In this document: piece by piece, positions 1 through 9,411 of the stretch | How positions within the stretch are numbered: the stretch's first letter is position 1 | Layout: each line of letters starts with the position of its first letter | Source of the DNA: Candidatus Rokuibacteriota bacterium | GTDB taxonomy: Bacteria; Methylomirabilota; Methylomirabilia; Rokubacteriales; DASRDR01 | Assembly: GCA_044866005.1 (NCBI GenBank) | Contig: JBIOTN010000195.1 | Location: forward strand, 1-24,887 | Direction: 5' to 3' | Length of the DNA: 24,887 nucleotides | Position numbers and translations under genes: made by a program | Notes under the pieces: model-generated | Database searches by the model: none | Told to the model about the DNA's origin: nothing | Seen by the model: the letters and a program-made list of their open reading frames with translations, nothing else

Positions 1-1
1 T

Positions 2-232
2 CGAGGCCTGGGCGGGGCTCAAGAGCTTCACGCGCAGGGGACGGTCGGGGCGCCCCCGGACGACCCCGGCAATCCCACCGTGAACTTTCACGGGGAGCGC
101 CGCAGTAACGCCACGCATGCCTCGACCGATCCCGAGGCCCGGCTGGCGCGGAAAGGTCACGGTTATGAGGCCAAGCTGGCCTATCAGGGCCATGTGCTGA
201 TGGAGAACCGCCACGGGCTGGTGGTGGAGACC
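2..232 (+). pseudogene. Internal fragment of an IS5/IS1182-family DDE transposase. It is open from the window edge in frame 2 and loses similarity after ...NRHGLVVET.
   Basis: Frame-2 translation reads ...[50 protein letters not shown]. This matches the conserved TDPEARL-x-RKG...Y-GH-LMENR-GL-V block of DDE_Tnp_1 transposases. There is no start codon, no C-terminal DDE portion and no inverted repeat in the window. Confidence 0.5.
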
Positions 233-240
233 TGCCAGAT

Positions 241-669
241 GCCCAGACGACCCTGCGGAGCGTGCTCGGCCAGGTCGAGTTGGACGACCTTCTGGCCTCG
301 CGCGACAAGATCAACCAGCAGCTCCAGCGGATCATCGACGAGCACACGGATCCCTGGGGGGTGAAGGTGACGACGGTCGAGGTGAAGCACGTGGATCTGC
401 CGCAGGACATGCAGCGGGCGATGTCGAAGCAGGCCGAGGCCGAGCGGGAGCGGCGGGCGAAGGTGATTAACGCCGAGGGGGAGTACCAGGCGGCGGAGAA
501 GCTCGCGCAGGCCGCCCAGGTCCTGGCCAGCACGCCCGTCGCCATCCAGCTCCGGTTCCTTCAGACGATGCGGGAGGTCGCTTCGGAGCGGAACACGACC
601 ACATTCTTTCCCGTGCCGATCGATCTCTTCGGGCCCTTCCTGACCGCTCGCCAGCCGCTGCCCCCCTGA
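241..669 (+). pseudogene. C-terminal fragment of an SPFH/band-7 (stomatin/HflKC-like) protein. The N-terminal membrane anchor and the first half of the SPFH domain are missing.
   Basis: Frame-1 translation reads [92 protein letters not shown]. This is the typical stomatin C-terminal signature. Upstream, frame 1 is closed by a TGA at 166-168 and has no plausible start. Confidence 0.55.
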
Positions 670-769
670 TCTCGCGCCCCAGTTGCCGGCGCCGTGGCCG
701 TCTCGGCTTGCGGACGGGGGGGCGGTGGGCTGGGCCCAATTTCCGCTAATGGAGCCAGGGCTCGACAAC

Positions 770-801
770 GGCCTCCGAGGGAAGGCCCCCGGAGGCCGTT
801 T
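770..801. terminator. GC-rich hairpin GGCCTCCG-N12-CGGAGGCC followed by GTTT. It is a candidate bidirectional terminator between the stomatin fragment and groEL.
   Basis: Perfect 8-bp inverted repeat at 770-777 and 790-797, lying in the convergent intergenic gap between 669 and 843. Confidence 0.35.
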
Positions 802-842
802 CGCCGAGGAAGACGCGGTCGGTCTCGCCTGACCGCCTCGGT

Positions 843-2465
<1,623 letters not shown>

Positions 2466-2515
2466 GAAGTCCTCCTAAGTTGTCCAGAAATGGTAGTGAC
2501 GGCTGAGCCGTTCCT

Positions 2516-2824
2516 TCACGCGCCGAGGATACCGAGGACGTCCTCCTCCTTCATGATGAGGTACTCGTGATCGTCGATTTTGACCTCGCTGCCGGAGTAC
2601 TTTCCGAACAGGATGCGGTCCCCCGCTTTGACGTCCAGCGGGATCTTCTTGCCGTCCTCGGTCACCTTGCCGGTGCCGACGGCCATGACCTTGCCCTCTT
2701 GGGGCTTCTCCTTCGCGGTGTCCGGGATGATGATGCCGCCGCGGCGGACTTCCTCTTCCTCGACGCGCTTGACGAGGACGCGGTCGTGGAGCGGACGGAG
2801 CTTCGTCTTCGTTGCCTGAGCCAT
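2516..2824 (-). CDS. groES: Co-chaperonin GroES (Cpn10).
   Basis: The 102-aa product begins [25 protein letters not shown] and contains [34 protein letters not shown] ribosome-binding site lies 7 nt upstream of the ATG on the minus strand. The gene sits 50 nt upstream of groEL. Confidence 0.95.
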   Translation of the reverse strand: MAQATKTKLRPLHDRVLVKRVEEEEVRRGGIIIPDTAKEKPQEGKVMAVGTGKVTEDGKKIPLDVKAGDRILFGKYSGSEVKIDDHEYLIMKEEDVLGILGA

Positions 2825-2882
2825 AGTACGGGCGCCTCCTTCGGCGAGGGTTATGTGACGTGGGTGACCCGACGCGACCCGG

Positions 2883-2911
2883 AGTGTACCATTAAACTAG
2901 TACACTAGCAA
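2883..2911 (-). promoter_or_regulatory. Candidate groES promoter (minus-strand sense: -35 TTGCTA, 17-nt spacer, -10 TACACT) overlapped by a perfect 7-bp inverted repeat AGTGTAC-N10-GTACACT. This is a CIRCE-like but non-canonical operator.
   Basis: The inverted repeat arms are at 2883-2889 and 2900-2906. The canonical CIRCE TTAGCACTC-N9-GAGTGCTAA is not present anywhere upstream of groES. Confidence 0.4.
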
Positions 2912-2978
2912 GCGATCGAAGCGTTTCCGGCGGCCGCACCACGAGCGGTGGAGACGCACGCCTCGCTCGTCAGGGGAC

Positions 2979-3007
2979 TTGACAGGACTGTTCTTGTGTA
3001 CTATTGT
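2979..3007 (+). promoter_or_regulatory. Sigma70-type promoter: -35 TTGACA (2979-2984), 17-nt spacer, -10 TATTGT (3002-3007).
   Basis: Exact consensus -35 with optimal spacing, divergent from groES. A downstream small ORF begins at 3030. Confidence 0.5.
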
Positions 3008-3029
3008 AGTCATACAGTGTGAAGAGGCG

Positions 3030-3317
3030 ATGCGCCTGCCAGTCGATGCGAACAGTCCGATCCCGGGCCGCCCACCACTGACGGAGCAGCTCGAGCACGT
3101 CACCGAGGGCGTGGGCGTCCGGCGGGCCCACGCGCTGTTCAGCGGGCGGGAGCTGACCGGCTTCCTCGATCCGAACACGATCACGCGCGCCATCGAGGAT
3201 CTCAAGCGGAGCGGATACCGGCCGCTCCACCCCCGGCCGGCGGCGCCTGAGTCCTCGGCCATCGAGTGGGCAGAATCGCTACAGGGCGCCCCGCGAGAGA
3301 CGGCGGCGGAGAAGTGA
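3030..3317 (+). CDS. Hypothetical 95-aa protein.
   Basis: ATG at 3030 lies 23 nt downstream of the -10 element. Codon usage is GC3-rich like its neighbours. I recognise no domain in MRLPVDANSPIPGRPPLTEQLEHVTEGVGVRRAHALFSGRELTGFLDPNTITRAIEDLKRSGY.... The TTG at 2979 called by the ORF track is the -35 hexamer itself. Confidence 0.35.
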   Translation: MRLPVDANSPIPGRPPLTEQLEHVTEGVGVRRAHALFSGRELTGFLDPNTITRAIEDLKRSGYRPLHPRPAAPESSAIEWAESLQGAPRETAAEK

Positions 3318-3359
3318 AGTCGTGCCGGGAGCCGGGAACCCGGTGAAGGAGGACGAGTC

Positions 3360-3620
3360 ATGAATCTCGTCATATTTGCGATGTGGGTGCTCGTAGGGCT
3401 GCTGGCCGGCTTGCTGGCCGAATCCGTCATAAAACGCGGGAGTTACGGGCTCGGGGTGGACGTCGTCCTCGGTGTCCTGGGGAGCCTCGTGGGAGGCTGG
3501 ATCTTCTGGACCATGGGGATCTCTCCGGGACCGTGGATGGTCGCGGTGGTGGTCGTCGCGATCGGCGGGGCGGCCCTCTCGATCGTCCTTCAGCGCAAGA
3601 TTTGGCCTGCGATCGCCTGA
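3360..3620 (+). CDS. GlsB/YeaQ/YmgE-family small membrane protein (transglycosylase-associated stress protein family).
   Basis: The 86-aa product has Gly-zipper TM helices (MNLVIFAMWVLVGLLAGLLAE...VVLGVLGSLVGGWIF...AVVVVAIGGAALSIV). A GAAGGAGGA ribosome-binding site lies 7 nt upstream. Confidence 0.8.
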   Translation: MNLVIFAMWVLVGLLAGLLAESVIKRGSYGLGVDVVLGVLGSLVGGWIFWTMGISPGPWMVAVVVVAIGGAALSIVLQRKIWPAIA

Positions 3621-3626
3621 GGGCGT

Positions 3627-3653
3627 GCCCCTCACCCGCCGCCGGGTGAGGGC
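3627..3653 (+). terminator. GC hairpin (10-bp stem, 7-nt loop) immediately after the GlsB-family gene. It is a factor-independent terminator candidate without a U-tract.
   Basis: GCCCTCACCC-GCCGCCG-GGGTGAGGGC, located 7 nt after the stop codon. Confidence 0.35.
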
Positions 3654-4238
3654 GAGCCCGCGCCCACTCCTTCACACTCCGGCGCGCGAAGGGCCAAGCT
3701 CTTCGCGAGGAGGAAGTCATGCTGCGTCGCGTAGACACTCACGTGAGGGTGATTCCTCTGATGGCGACTCGCGTGCCGGCTCATATGGCGACCACAGGAA
3801 TCCACCTGGTGCGCGGCGTCCCCCGCGCCCTTCCGGCGGGGGAGGGGCAGTTTCGCAGATTCGAATGCCATCCCGGCTTCGGGAAAGGAAGCCAGCATCC
3901 GGGGACTCCAAGATTTCCCGGTCGCACGGCTGCACGACGGCGACGGCGCAGAGCGCGATGAGGTAGGAGCCGTGTAGGGAAGGTGAAGTTCGGGAGTTCA
4001 CGATGCTCTGCGCCGACTCTGTCTCGGTGGAAGAGGAATGTTATGCCGGGCATCCAAGGAGGTTCCATGCGGCCTACCGATCTGGCCGGACTCCAATAAG
4101 CACGTCACCCCGCAATTCTATCTTCGCGGGTTTCGTGATCCGCGACAATCGGGAGGCGGCTATCCGCACGGTTGAGATGCGACACCGCCTGGAGGAAGCG
4201 ACCCCTAGCAGAAGCGTCAGTAGGGCGGCTGACACACG

Positions 4239-4754
4239 ATGAATGGTGCACAACGTAGGCATTGTGCCTCGGTGCTCCTTATTGTCGCGTCGATCCTGTG
4301 GTGGCATCGCTGGGTTCCGGCGCTTCTTTTGGCTGGGGTCGTGTCGTGGGCAATCCTCCACAGACGGCTCGAGGGGAATCTAGGCAGAATTCTGGGTCGC
4401 CTGTGGCGGCGGGCATGGCCGCCAAGAACCATTGCGCTGATTCCACTGCTCTCGGGCGGCACGCTCGCGTACTGGGTTACGGACGAACCCATCGCGCCGA
4501 AGGTCTTGCCGATCGCGCTCAACATAGTGGCGCTGTCGATCATGTTGTTCGGCGACTGGTGGACGTTGGCCGCTCACCCTCGGCGCTTCTGGACGGCAGG
4601 AAGGAGGGCCTGTCGGGTCCGTCGCGCGAAGTCTCAGTGGCCGGGTCCTGCGTACGCCCTGTCGCGATTGGCCGGCGCTGAGGCCGGAACAGATGCCGAG
4701 GCCAACTCGTTCATACCCGGCGTTGGGGCATCCGCGGAGACGGCCGGCCGTTGA
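4239..4754 (+). CDS. Possible 171-aa integral membrane protein, lying in the low-GC segment.
   Basis: Three hydrophobic helices are visible (ASVLLIVASILWWHRWVPALLLAGVVSWAIL; TIALIPLLSGGTLAYWV; VLPIALNIVALSIMLFGDWWTLAA). There is no Shine-Dalgarno sequence. Codon GC3 is lower than in neighbouring genes. Confidence 0.25.
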   Translation: MNGAQRRHCASVLLIVASILWWHRWVPALLLAGVVSWAILHRRLEGNLGRILGRLWRRAWPPRTIALIPLLSGGTLAYWVTDEPIAPKVLPIALNIVALSIMLFGDWWTLAAHPRRFWTAGRRACRVRRAKSQWPGPAYALSRLAGAEAGTDAEANSFIPGVGASAETAGR

Positions 4755-5261
4755 CGGCGACGCCACCGCCCGGATGTTCAAAGCCGAATGAGCTGACAAA
4801 ATCTGGAGCAAAGAGGCCGGATGCGGCCCACACTCGGGTCCTATGACGCAACGGCTACGATGCGTCATCCGGGGTAAGCCGCGTTCGAATGGGTACTCTG
4901 GACCGGACAAGCCAATAGCGCCGGCCACCATCATCCCTTCCGTCTGGCGCTTCGTGGTTGGAGCAGACACGCGCGAGGATCTGCGAATTGATGGGGCGGC
5001 GACAGGTAGAGAGGTTCACGCTGCCCCTGGGATCTTCCGATGCTTGCCCGGCTCCGTTTGATCCCCGCCCACGATAGCGCGCTCACCCCTCTCGTGCTGG
5101 GGCAAACGCTCAGTACCGAAGGAGGAACACGAAGTCCAATGCGGGTCCCTTCCACAATTCAAAGCGCGCCCCCGCAACCATACAAGGGTCAGGTTGGAAG
5201 CATAGGCTTGCCGCCACCGCAAAACTATGGGTCAAGTCACCCGGGCACCGCAAACCGGGGC

Positions 5262-5302
5262 TTGACAGGCTTCCCGGCAGTTTAGTATTCATTAAATATA
5301 GT
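5262..5302 (+). promoter_or_regulatory. Candidate promoter of the molybdoenzyme/box operon: -35 TTGACA (5262-5267) with weak -10 candidates TATTCA or TATAGT downstream.
   Basis: Consensus -35 hexamer 65 nt upstream of the GTG start at 5332. The -10 assignment is ambiguous. Confidence 0.3.
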
Positions 5303-5331
5303 TCACCTGGCCTAAACTCAGCTTTCGGGGT

Positions 5332-5817
5332 GTGCCGGTGCGCCAGCTCCTGTCGCTCAAGGTCAACGGCGAGACGTTCCAGGTCGCCGTGCCGGTCCAC
5401 AAGACGTTGCTCGAGGTCCTGCGCGAGGATCTCGGGTTGACCGGGACCAAGCACGGCTGCGAGCTCGGCGAGTGCGGGACGTGCACCGTGCTGGTGGACG
5501 GCCAGCCCGTCCTCTCCTGTCTCGCCCTCCCGATCGAGCACCAGGACGCCGAGATCCTGACCGTCGAGGGCATGAGCGGCCCGGGCGGCCTCCACCCGCT
5601 CCAGCAGGCGTTCGCCGAGCTGGGCGCCGCGCAGTGTGGCTACTGCACCCCGGGCATCCTGCTGACGGCCAAGGCCCTCCTCGAGGCCGCGCCGCGGCCG
5701 ACGCGCGACGGGATCCGGGCCGCGCTCGCCGGGAACCTCTGCCGCTGCACGGGCTACACGAAGATTCTGGACGCCGTGGAGCTGGCGGCCGGGCGGCTGG
5801 CTGCGCCGTGCCGATGA
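5332..5817 (+). CDS. [2Fe-2S]-binding small subunit of a xanthine-dehydrogenase-family molybdoenzyme (CoxS/HcrC-like).
   Basis: The 161-aa product carries a plant-type ferredoxin motif (GCELGECGTCTV) and a second cluster motif (QCGYCTPG...CRCTGY). GTG start. Confidence 0.9.
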   Translation: MPVRQLLSLKVNGETFQVAVPVHKTLLEVLREDLGLTGTKHGCELGECGTCTVLVDGQPVLSCLALPIEHQDAEILTVEGMSGPGGLHPLQQAFAELGAAQCGYCTPGILLTAKALLEAAPRPTRDGIRAALAGNLCRCTGYTKILDAVELAAGRLAAPCR

Positions 5818-5848
5818 CCGTCGGTTCTCGGCTCGGCGGGGGGGCGGG

Positions 5849-8278
5849 ATGATGGGCGCATCGCCCCCTCGCAACCTCGCCGTCGTCGGGAAGCCGCTCC
5901 CCAAGGTCGACGCCTGGGCCAAGGTGACCGGCGAGACGAAGTACGCGGACGACCTCTTCCTCTCGCGGATGGCGTACGCGAAGATCCTCCGGGCCCAGCA
6001 CCCCCACGCCCGCATCCGCGGGATCGACACGCGCCGGGCGGCCGCCGTGCCCGGCGTCTACGCCGTCCTCACCGGGAGCGACTTCGCGCCCGTGAAGTTC
6101 GGCATCCTGCCGGTCAGCCAGGACGAGGAGGCGCTCTGCCGCGAGAAGGTGCGCTACGTGGGCGACCCGGTCGCGGCCGTGGCGGCGGTGGACGAGGAGA
6201 CGGCCGAGCGCGCCATGCACCTGATCGAGGTGGACTACGAGCCGCTGCCGCCCGTCATGTCGATCGACCAGGCTCTCGCCGGCGGGAGCCACCGCATCCA
6301 CGAGTACGGCGACGGCCACAACATCCACAAGCTGGTCTCCCTCGAGTTCGGCGACGTCGAGGAGGGGTTCCGCGCCGCCGACCTCGTCCGCGAGGACGTC
6401 TTCTTCTTCGAGGGGAACACGCACCTGCCGATGGAGCAGCACGCGGCCGTCGCGCAGTGGAGCCCGGAGGGGAAGCTGACCCTGTGGTCCTCGACCCAGA
6501 CGCCGCATTACGTCCACCGGGCCCTCGGCAAGGTGCTGGGGCTGCCCATGAGCCACATCCGGGTCATCGCGACGCCGAACGGCGGCGGCTTCGGCGGGAA
6601 GTCCGATCCGTTCAGCCACGAGCTCGTCGTGGCGCGGCTGGCCCAGCGGATCGGCCGGCCGGTGAAGACCACGCTCACCCGCGAGGAGGTCTTCTACGCC
6701 CACCGCGGGCGCCATCCGGTCCTCATGTGGATCCGGAGCGGCGTGAGGATGGACGGCGAGATCCTGGCGATCCACTTCCGCTCCTACCTCGACGGCGGCG
6801 CCTACGGCTCGTACGGCGTGGCCTCGACCTTCTACACCGGCGCGCTCCAGACGGTCACCTACAAGGTGCCGCGCTACAAGTTCGAGGGCTGCCGCGTCTT
6901 CACGAACAAGCCCCCCTGCGGCCCGAAGCGCGGCCACGGCACCCCGCAGCCTCGCTTCGCGCTGGAAGTCCACCTCGACAAGGTCGCCGCGGAGCTCGGC
7001 CTCGACCCGGCGGAGATGCGGCGCCGACACGCCGTGGACGAGCACACGAAGACGGTGAACCACCTCACGATCACGACGTCGGGGCTGCGCGAATGCCTCG
7101 ACCGGGTCGTCGCCGCGTCCGGCTGGCGGGAGAAGTTCGGACGGCTGCCCGGCGGCCGCGGGATCGGCCTCGCCGCCTCCTCGTACATCTCGGGCGCGGG
7201 CCTGCCGATCTACTGGAACGACATGCCCCATTCCGGCGTCATGGTGAAGCTCGACCGCGGCGGCGGCGTCGCGGCCTTCTGCGGCTCCATCGACATCGGG
7301 CAAGGCTCGGACTCGATCCTGGCCTACGTCGTCGCGGAAGTGCTGGGCATCCGGCCCGAGGACATCCGCGTGGTGACGGCCGACACGGACCTGACCCCCG
7401 TGGACCTCGGCTCCTACTCCTCGCGCGTGACGCTCATGAGCGGTAACGCGGCGAAGGAGGCGGCCGAGAAGCTGCGCGGGCTGCTCCTCGACGTCGCGGC
7501 GAAGAAGCTCGAGGTCTCGCCCGCGGACCTCGAAGCGCGGGACCGCCGGATCTTCGTGCGCGAGGACCCGGGGAGGGGGCTGGCCTTCGACGAGGCGGCG
7601 CGGCTGGCCGAGGCCGCGTACGGGACGCTCGTCGCCGCGGGCTCTTACACGCCGCCGAAGCGCGCCGCCCGGTTCAAGGGCGCGGGCGTGGGGCCCACCC
7701 CCGCCTACTCCTACTCGGCGTGCGTCGTCGAGCTCGCGGTGGACCGGGAGACGGGGGAGATCCGCATCGAGCGGATCTGGATCGCCCACGACGGGGGGAC
7801 GGCGATCAACCCCCTCCTCGTCGAGGGGCAGGTCGAGGGCTCGGTGTACATGGGGCTCGGCGAGGCGGTGATGGAGGAGCAAGTGTTCCGGCACGGGCTC
7901 CACAAGATCCCCTCGATGCTCGAGTACAAGAGCCCGACGACGCTCGAGACGCCCGAGATCACGACCTTCCTCGTCCAGACCCACGACCCCGAGGGTCCGT
8001 TCGGCGCGAAGGAGGCGGGGCAGGGTCCGCTCCTGCCGGTGATCCCGGCGATCGCCAACGCGGTCCACGACGCCGTCGGCGTGCGGATCGACGAGATCCC
8101 CATCACGCCGGAAAAGATCCTCAAGGCCTTCGACCTCCGGGCCCAGGGCCGGCCGGCCCGGGTCGGCCCCGAGCGGCTGCCGGACGTCGCGTTCCCGGAT
8201 CCCATCCGCGTGCCGCCGCCCTGGGTGGACCCGGAGGGCCGCGCCGCCACGGCCGTCCACGGACGGGCGAAGTCCTGA
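5849..8278 (+). CDS. Molybdopterin-binding large subunit of the same enzyme (HcrA/CoxL-like), 809 aa.
   Basis: N-terminus reads KPLPKVDAWAKVTGETKYADD. Also present are NGGGFGGKSD, the AhYVHRALG region, and the C-terminal aldehyde-oxidase/XDH a/b-hammerhead and MoCo domains. Confidence 0.9.
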   Translation: MMGASPPRNLAVVGKPLPKVDAWAKVTGETKYADDLFLSRMAYAKILRAQHPHARIRGIDTRRAAAVPGVYAVLTGSDFAPVKFGILPVSQDEEALCREKVRYVGDPVAAVAAVDEETAERAMHLIEVDYEPLPPVMSIDQALAGGSHRIHEYGDGHNIHKLVSLEFGDVEEGFRAADLVREDVFFFEGNTHLPMEQHAAVAQWSPEGKLTLWSSTQTPHYVHRALGKVLGLPMSHIRVIATPNGGGFGGKSDPFSHELVVARLAQRIGRPVKTTLTREEVFYAHRGRHPVLMWIRSGVRMDGEILAIHFRSYLDGGAYGSYGVASTFYTGALQTVTYKVPRYKFEGCRVFTNKPPCGPKRGHGTPQPRFALEVHLDKVAAELGLDPAEMRRRHAVDEHTKTVNHLTITTSGLRECLDRVVAASGWREKFGRLPGGRGIGLAASSYISGAGLPIYWNDMPHSGVMVKLDRGGGVAAFCGSIDIGQGSDSILAYVVAEVLGIRPEDIRVVTADTDLTPVDLGSYSSRVTLMSGNAAKEAAEKLRGLLLDVAAKKLEVSPADLEARDRRIFVREDPGRGLAFDEAARLAEAAYGTLVAAGSYTPPKRAARFKGAGVGPTPAYSYSACVVELAVDRETGEIRIERIWIAHDGGTAINPLLVEGQVEGSVYMGLGEAVMEEQVFRHGLHKIPSMLEYKSPTTLETPEITTFLVQTHDPEGPFGAKEAGQGPLLPVIPAIANAVHDAVGVRIDEIPITPEKILKAFDLRAQGRPARVGPERLPDVAFPDPIRVPPPWVDPEGRAATAVHGRAKS

Positions 8279-8366
8279 TGCCCTCTCACGAGGTGGCAGG
8301 CCGGTGGGGGGGTCTGGGGGAGGAGCGTCGGTGGCTCCCCCCCGGCCGGAAGGAGCCGCCGCGGCG

Positions 8367-9407
8367 ATGATGCGGCTCCCGCCGTTCACGTATCTGGCGC
8401 CCCGGCGCCTCGACGAGGCGGTGCGCCTGCTCGCCGAGCACGGCGCCCACGCGATGGTCGTCGCCGGCGGGACCGACCTCTACCCGAACATGAAGCGGCG
8501 CCAGTTCGAGCCCCAGGTGCTCGTGGGGCTCCGCGGCCTGCGCGATCTCGCGGGGATCGCCGGGAGCGCACGGGACGGGCTGCGGATCGGCGCCGCCGCC
8601 ACGCTCACGCAGGTGGCGGAGCACCCGGAGGTCGCGACGTACTATCCCGCCCTGGCCCGCGCCGCGGGCGTCGTCTCCACCCCGCAGCTCCGCAACATGG
8701 GGACCCTCGGCGGGAACGTCTGCGTGGACACGCGCTGCAACTACTACAACCAGTCCTACGAGTGGCGGAAGGCGATCGGCTTCTGCATGAAGAAGGACGG
8801 GGACATCTGCCTGGTCGCCCCCGGCAGCCCGCGCTGCTGGGCGGTCTCCTCCTCGGACACGGCGCCGGTGCTGTGGACGCTCGGCGCGGACGTGACGCTC
8901 GTGGGTCCGGCTGGCGAGCGGCGACTGCCGATCCGCGCGCTCTACCAGGACGACGGCATCCAGTACCTCCGCAAGGCGCCCGAGGAGATCCTGACCGAGC
9001 TTCGCCTGCCGCCGGTGGACGGCTGGCGGGCGACCTACTGGAAGCTCCGCCGGCGGGGCGCCTTCGACTTCCCGGTGCTCGGGGTCGCCGCGGCGGTCCG
9101 GCTGGAGGGCGACGTCTGCCGCGAGGCCCGCATCGTGCTCGGTGCGGTGGCGTCCGAGCCGCGGGAGTCGGCCGACGCCGCGCGCTGCCTGGTCGGCGAG
9201 CGGCTCACGCCCGAGGTGATCGCGCGCGCCGCCGAGGCTGCGGCGCGGCCGTCCAAGCCGCTCGACAACACGGACATGGTCTACCACTACCGGAAGCGGA
9301 TGACGCGGGTCTACGTCGGTCGCGCGCTCCGCGAGCTGGCGGGCCTGCCCATCGACGGCCTCTGGCCGTCGGGCATGAGCGCCCGCGCCATCGAGGAGCG
9401 GAGCTGA
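8367..9407 (+). CDS. FAD-binding medium subunit with an inserted four-Cys loop. This is the architecture of the 4-hydroxybenzoyl-CoA reductase beta subunit (HcrB).
   Basis: PCMH FAD domain (MVVAGGTDLYPNMK...). Cys-rich insertion CVDTRCNYYNQSYEWRKAIGFCMKKDGDICLVAPGSPRCW with spacing C-x15-C-x7-C-x8-C. Start taken at MMRLPPF, which has an AAGGAG 10 nt upstream. Confidence 0.85.
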   Translation: MMRLPPFTYLAPRRLDEAVRLLAEHGAHAMVVAGGTDLYPNMKRRQFEPQVLVGLRGLRDLAGIAGSARDGLRIGAAATLTQVAEHPEVATYYPALARAAGVVSTPQLRNMGTLGGNVCVDTRCNYYNQSYEWRKAIGFCMKKDGDICLVAPGSPRCWAVSSSDTAPVLWTLGADVTLVGPAGERRLPIRALYQDDGIQYLRKAPEEILTELRLPPVDGWRATYWKLRRRGAFDFPVLGVAAAVRLEGDVCREARIVLGAVASEPRESADAARCLVGERLTPEVIARAAEAAARPSKPLDNTDMVYHYRKRMTRVYVGRALRELAGLPIDGLWPSGMSARAIEERS

Positions 9408-9411
9408 GGCG

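Noticed and set aside
2825-2990. Canonical CIRCE (TTAGCACTC-N9-GAGTGCTAA) upstream of groES.
   Set aside because: Not present. Only the diverged AGTGTAC-N10-GTACACT repeat is there, which is reported separately as a finding.
2979-3029. The TTG start at 2979 that the ORF track uses for the 112-aa ORF.
   Set aside because: That TTG is the TTGACA -35 hexamer of the promoter itself. The ATG at 3030 is the plausible start.
3850-3880. tRNA-like T-loop strings (GATTCGAAT at about 3860, and GTTCGAATG at about 4885).
   Set aside because: The flanking 5 nt do not pair into a T-stem. No acceptor stem or CCA context could be built. These are isolated motif matches only.
5363-8389. A 1008-aa ORF on the minus strand, together with similar long reverse-strand ORFs at 9418-10467, 11046-12284, 16180-17841, 18016-19302, 20217-21539, 21052-22182, 23340-24614 and 1650-2417 (plus strand, opposite groEL).
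   Set aside because: Each lies antisense to a gene with clear family signatures. Their translations are low-complexity Arg/Pro/Gly-rich strings with no recognisable motifs. These are the expected stop-poor shadows in 70% GC DNA.
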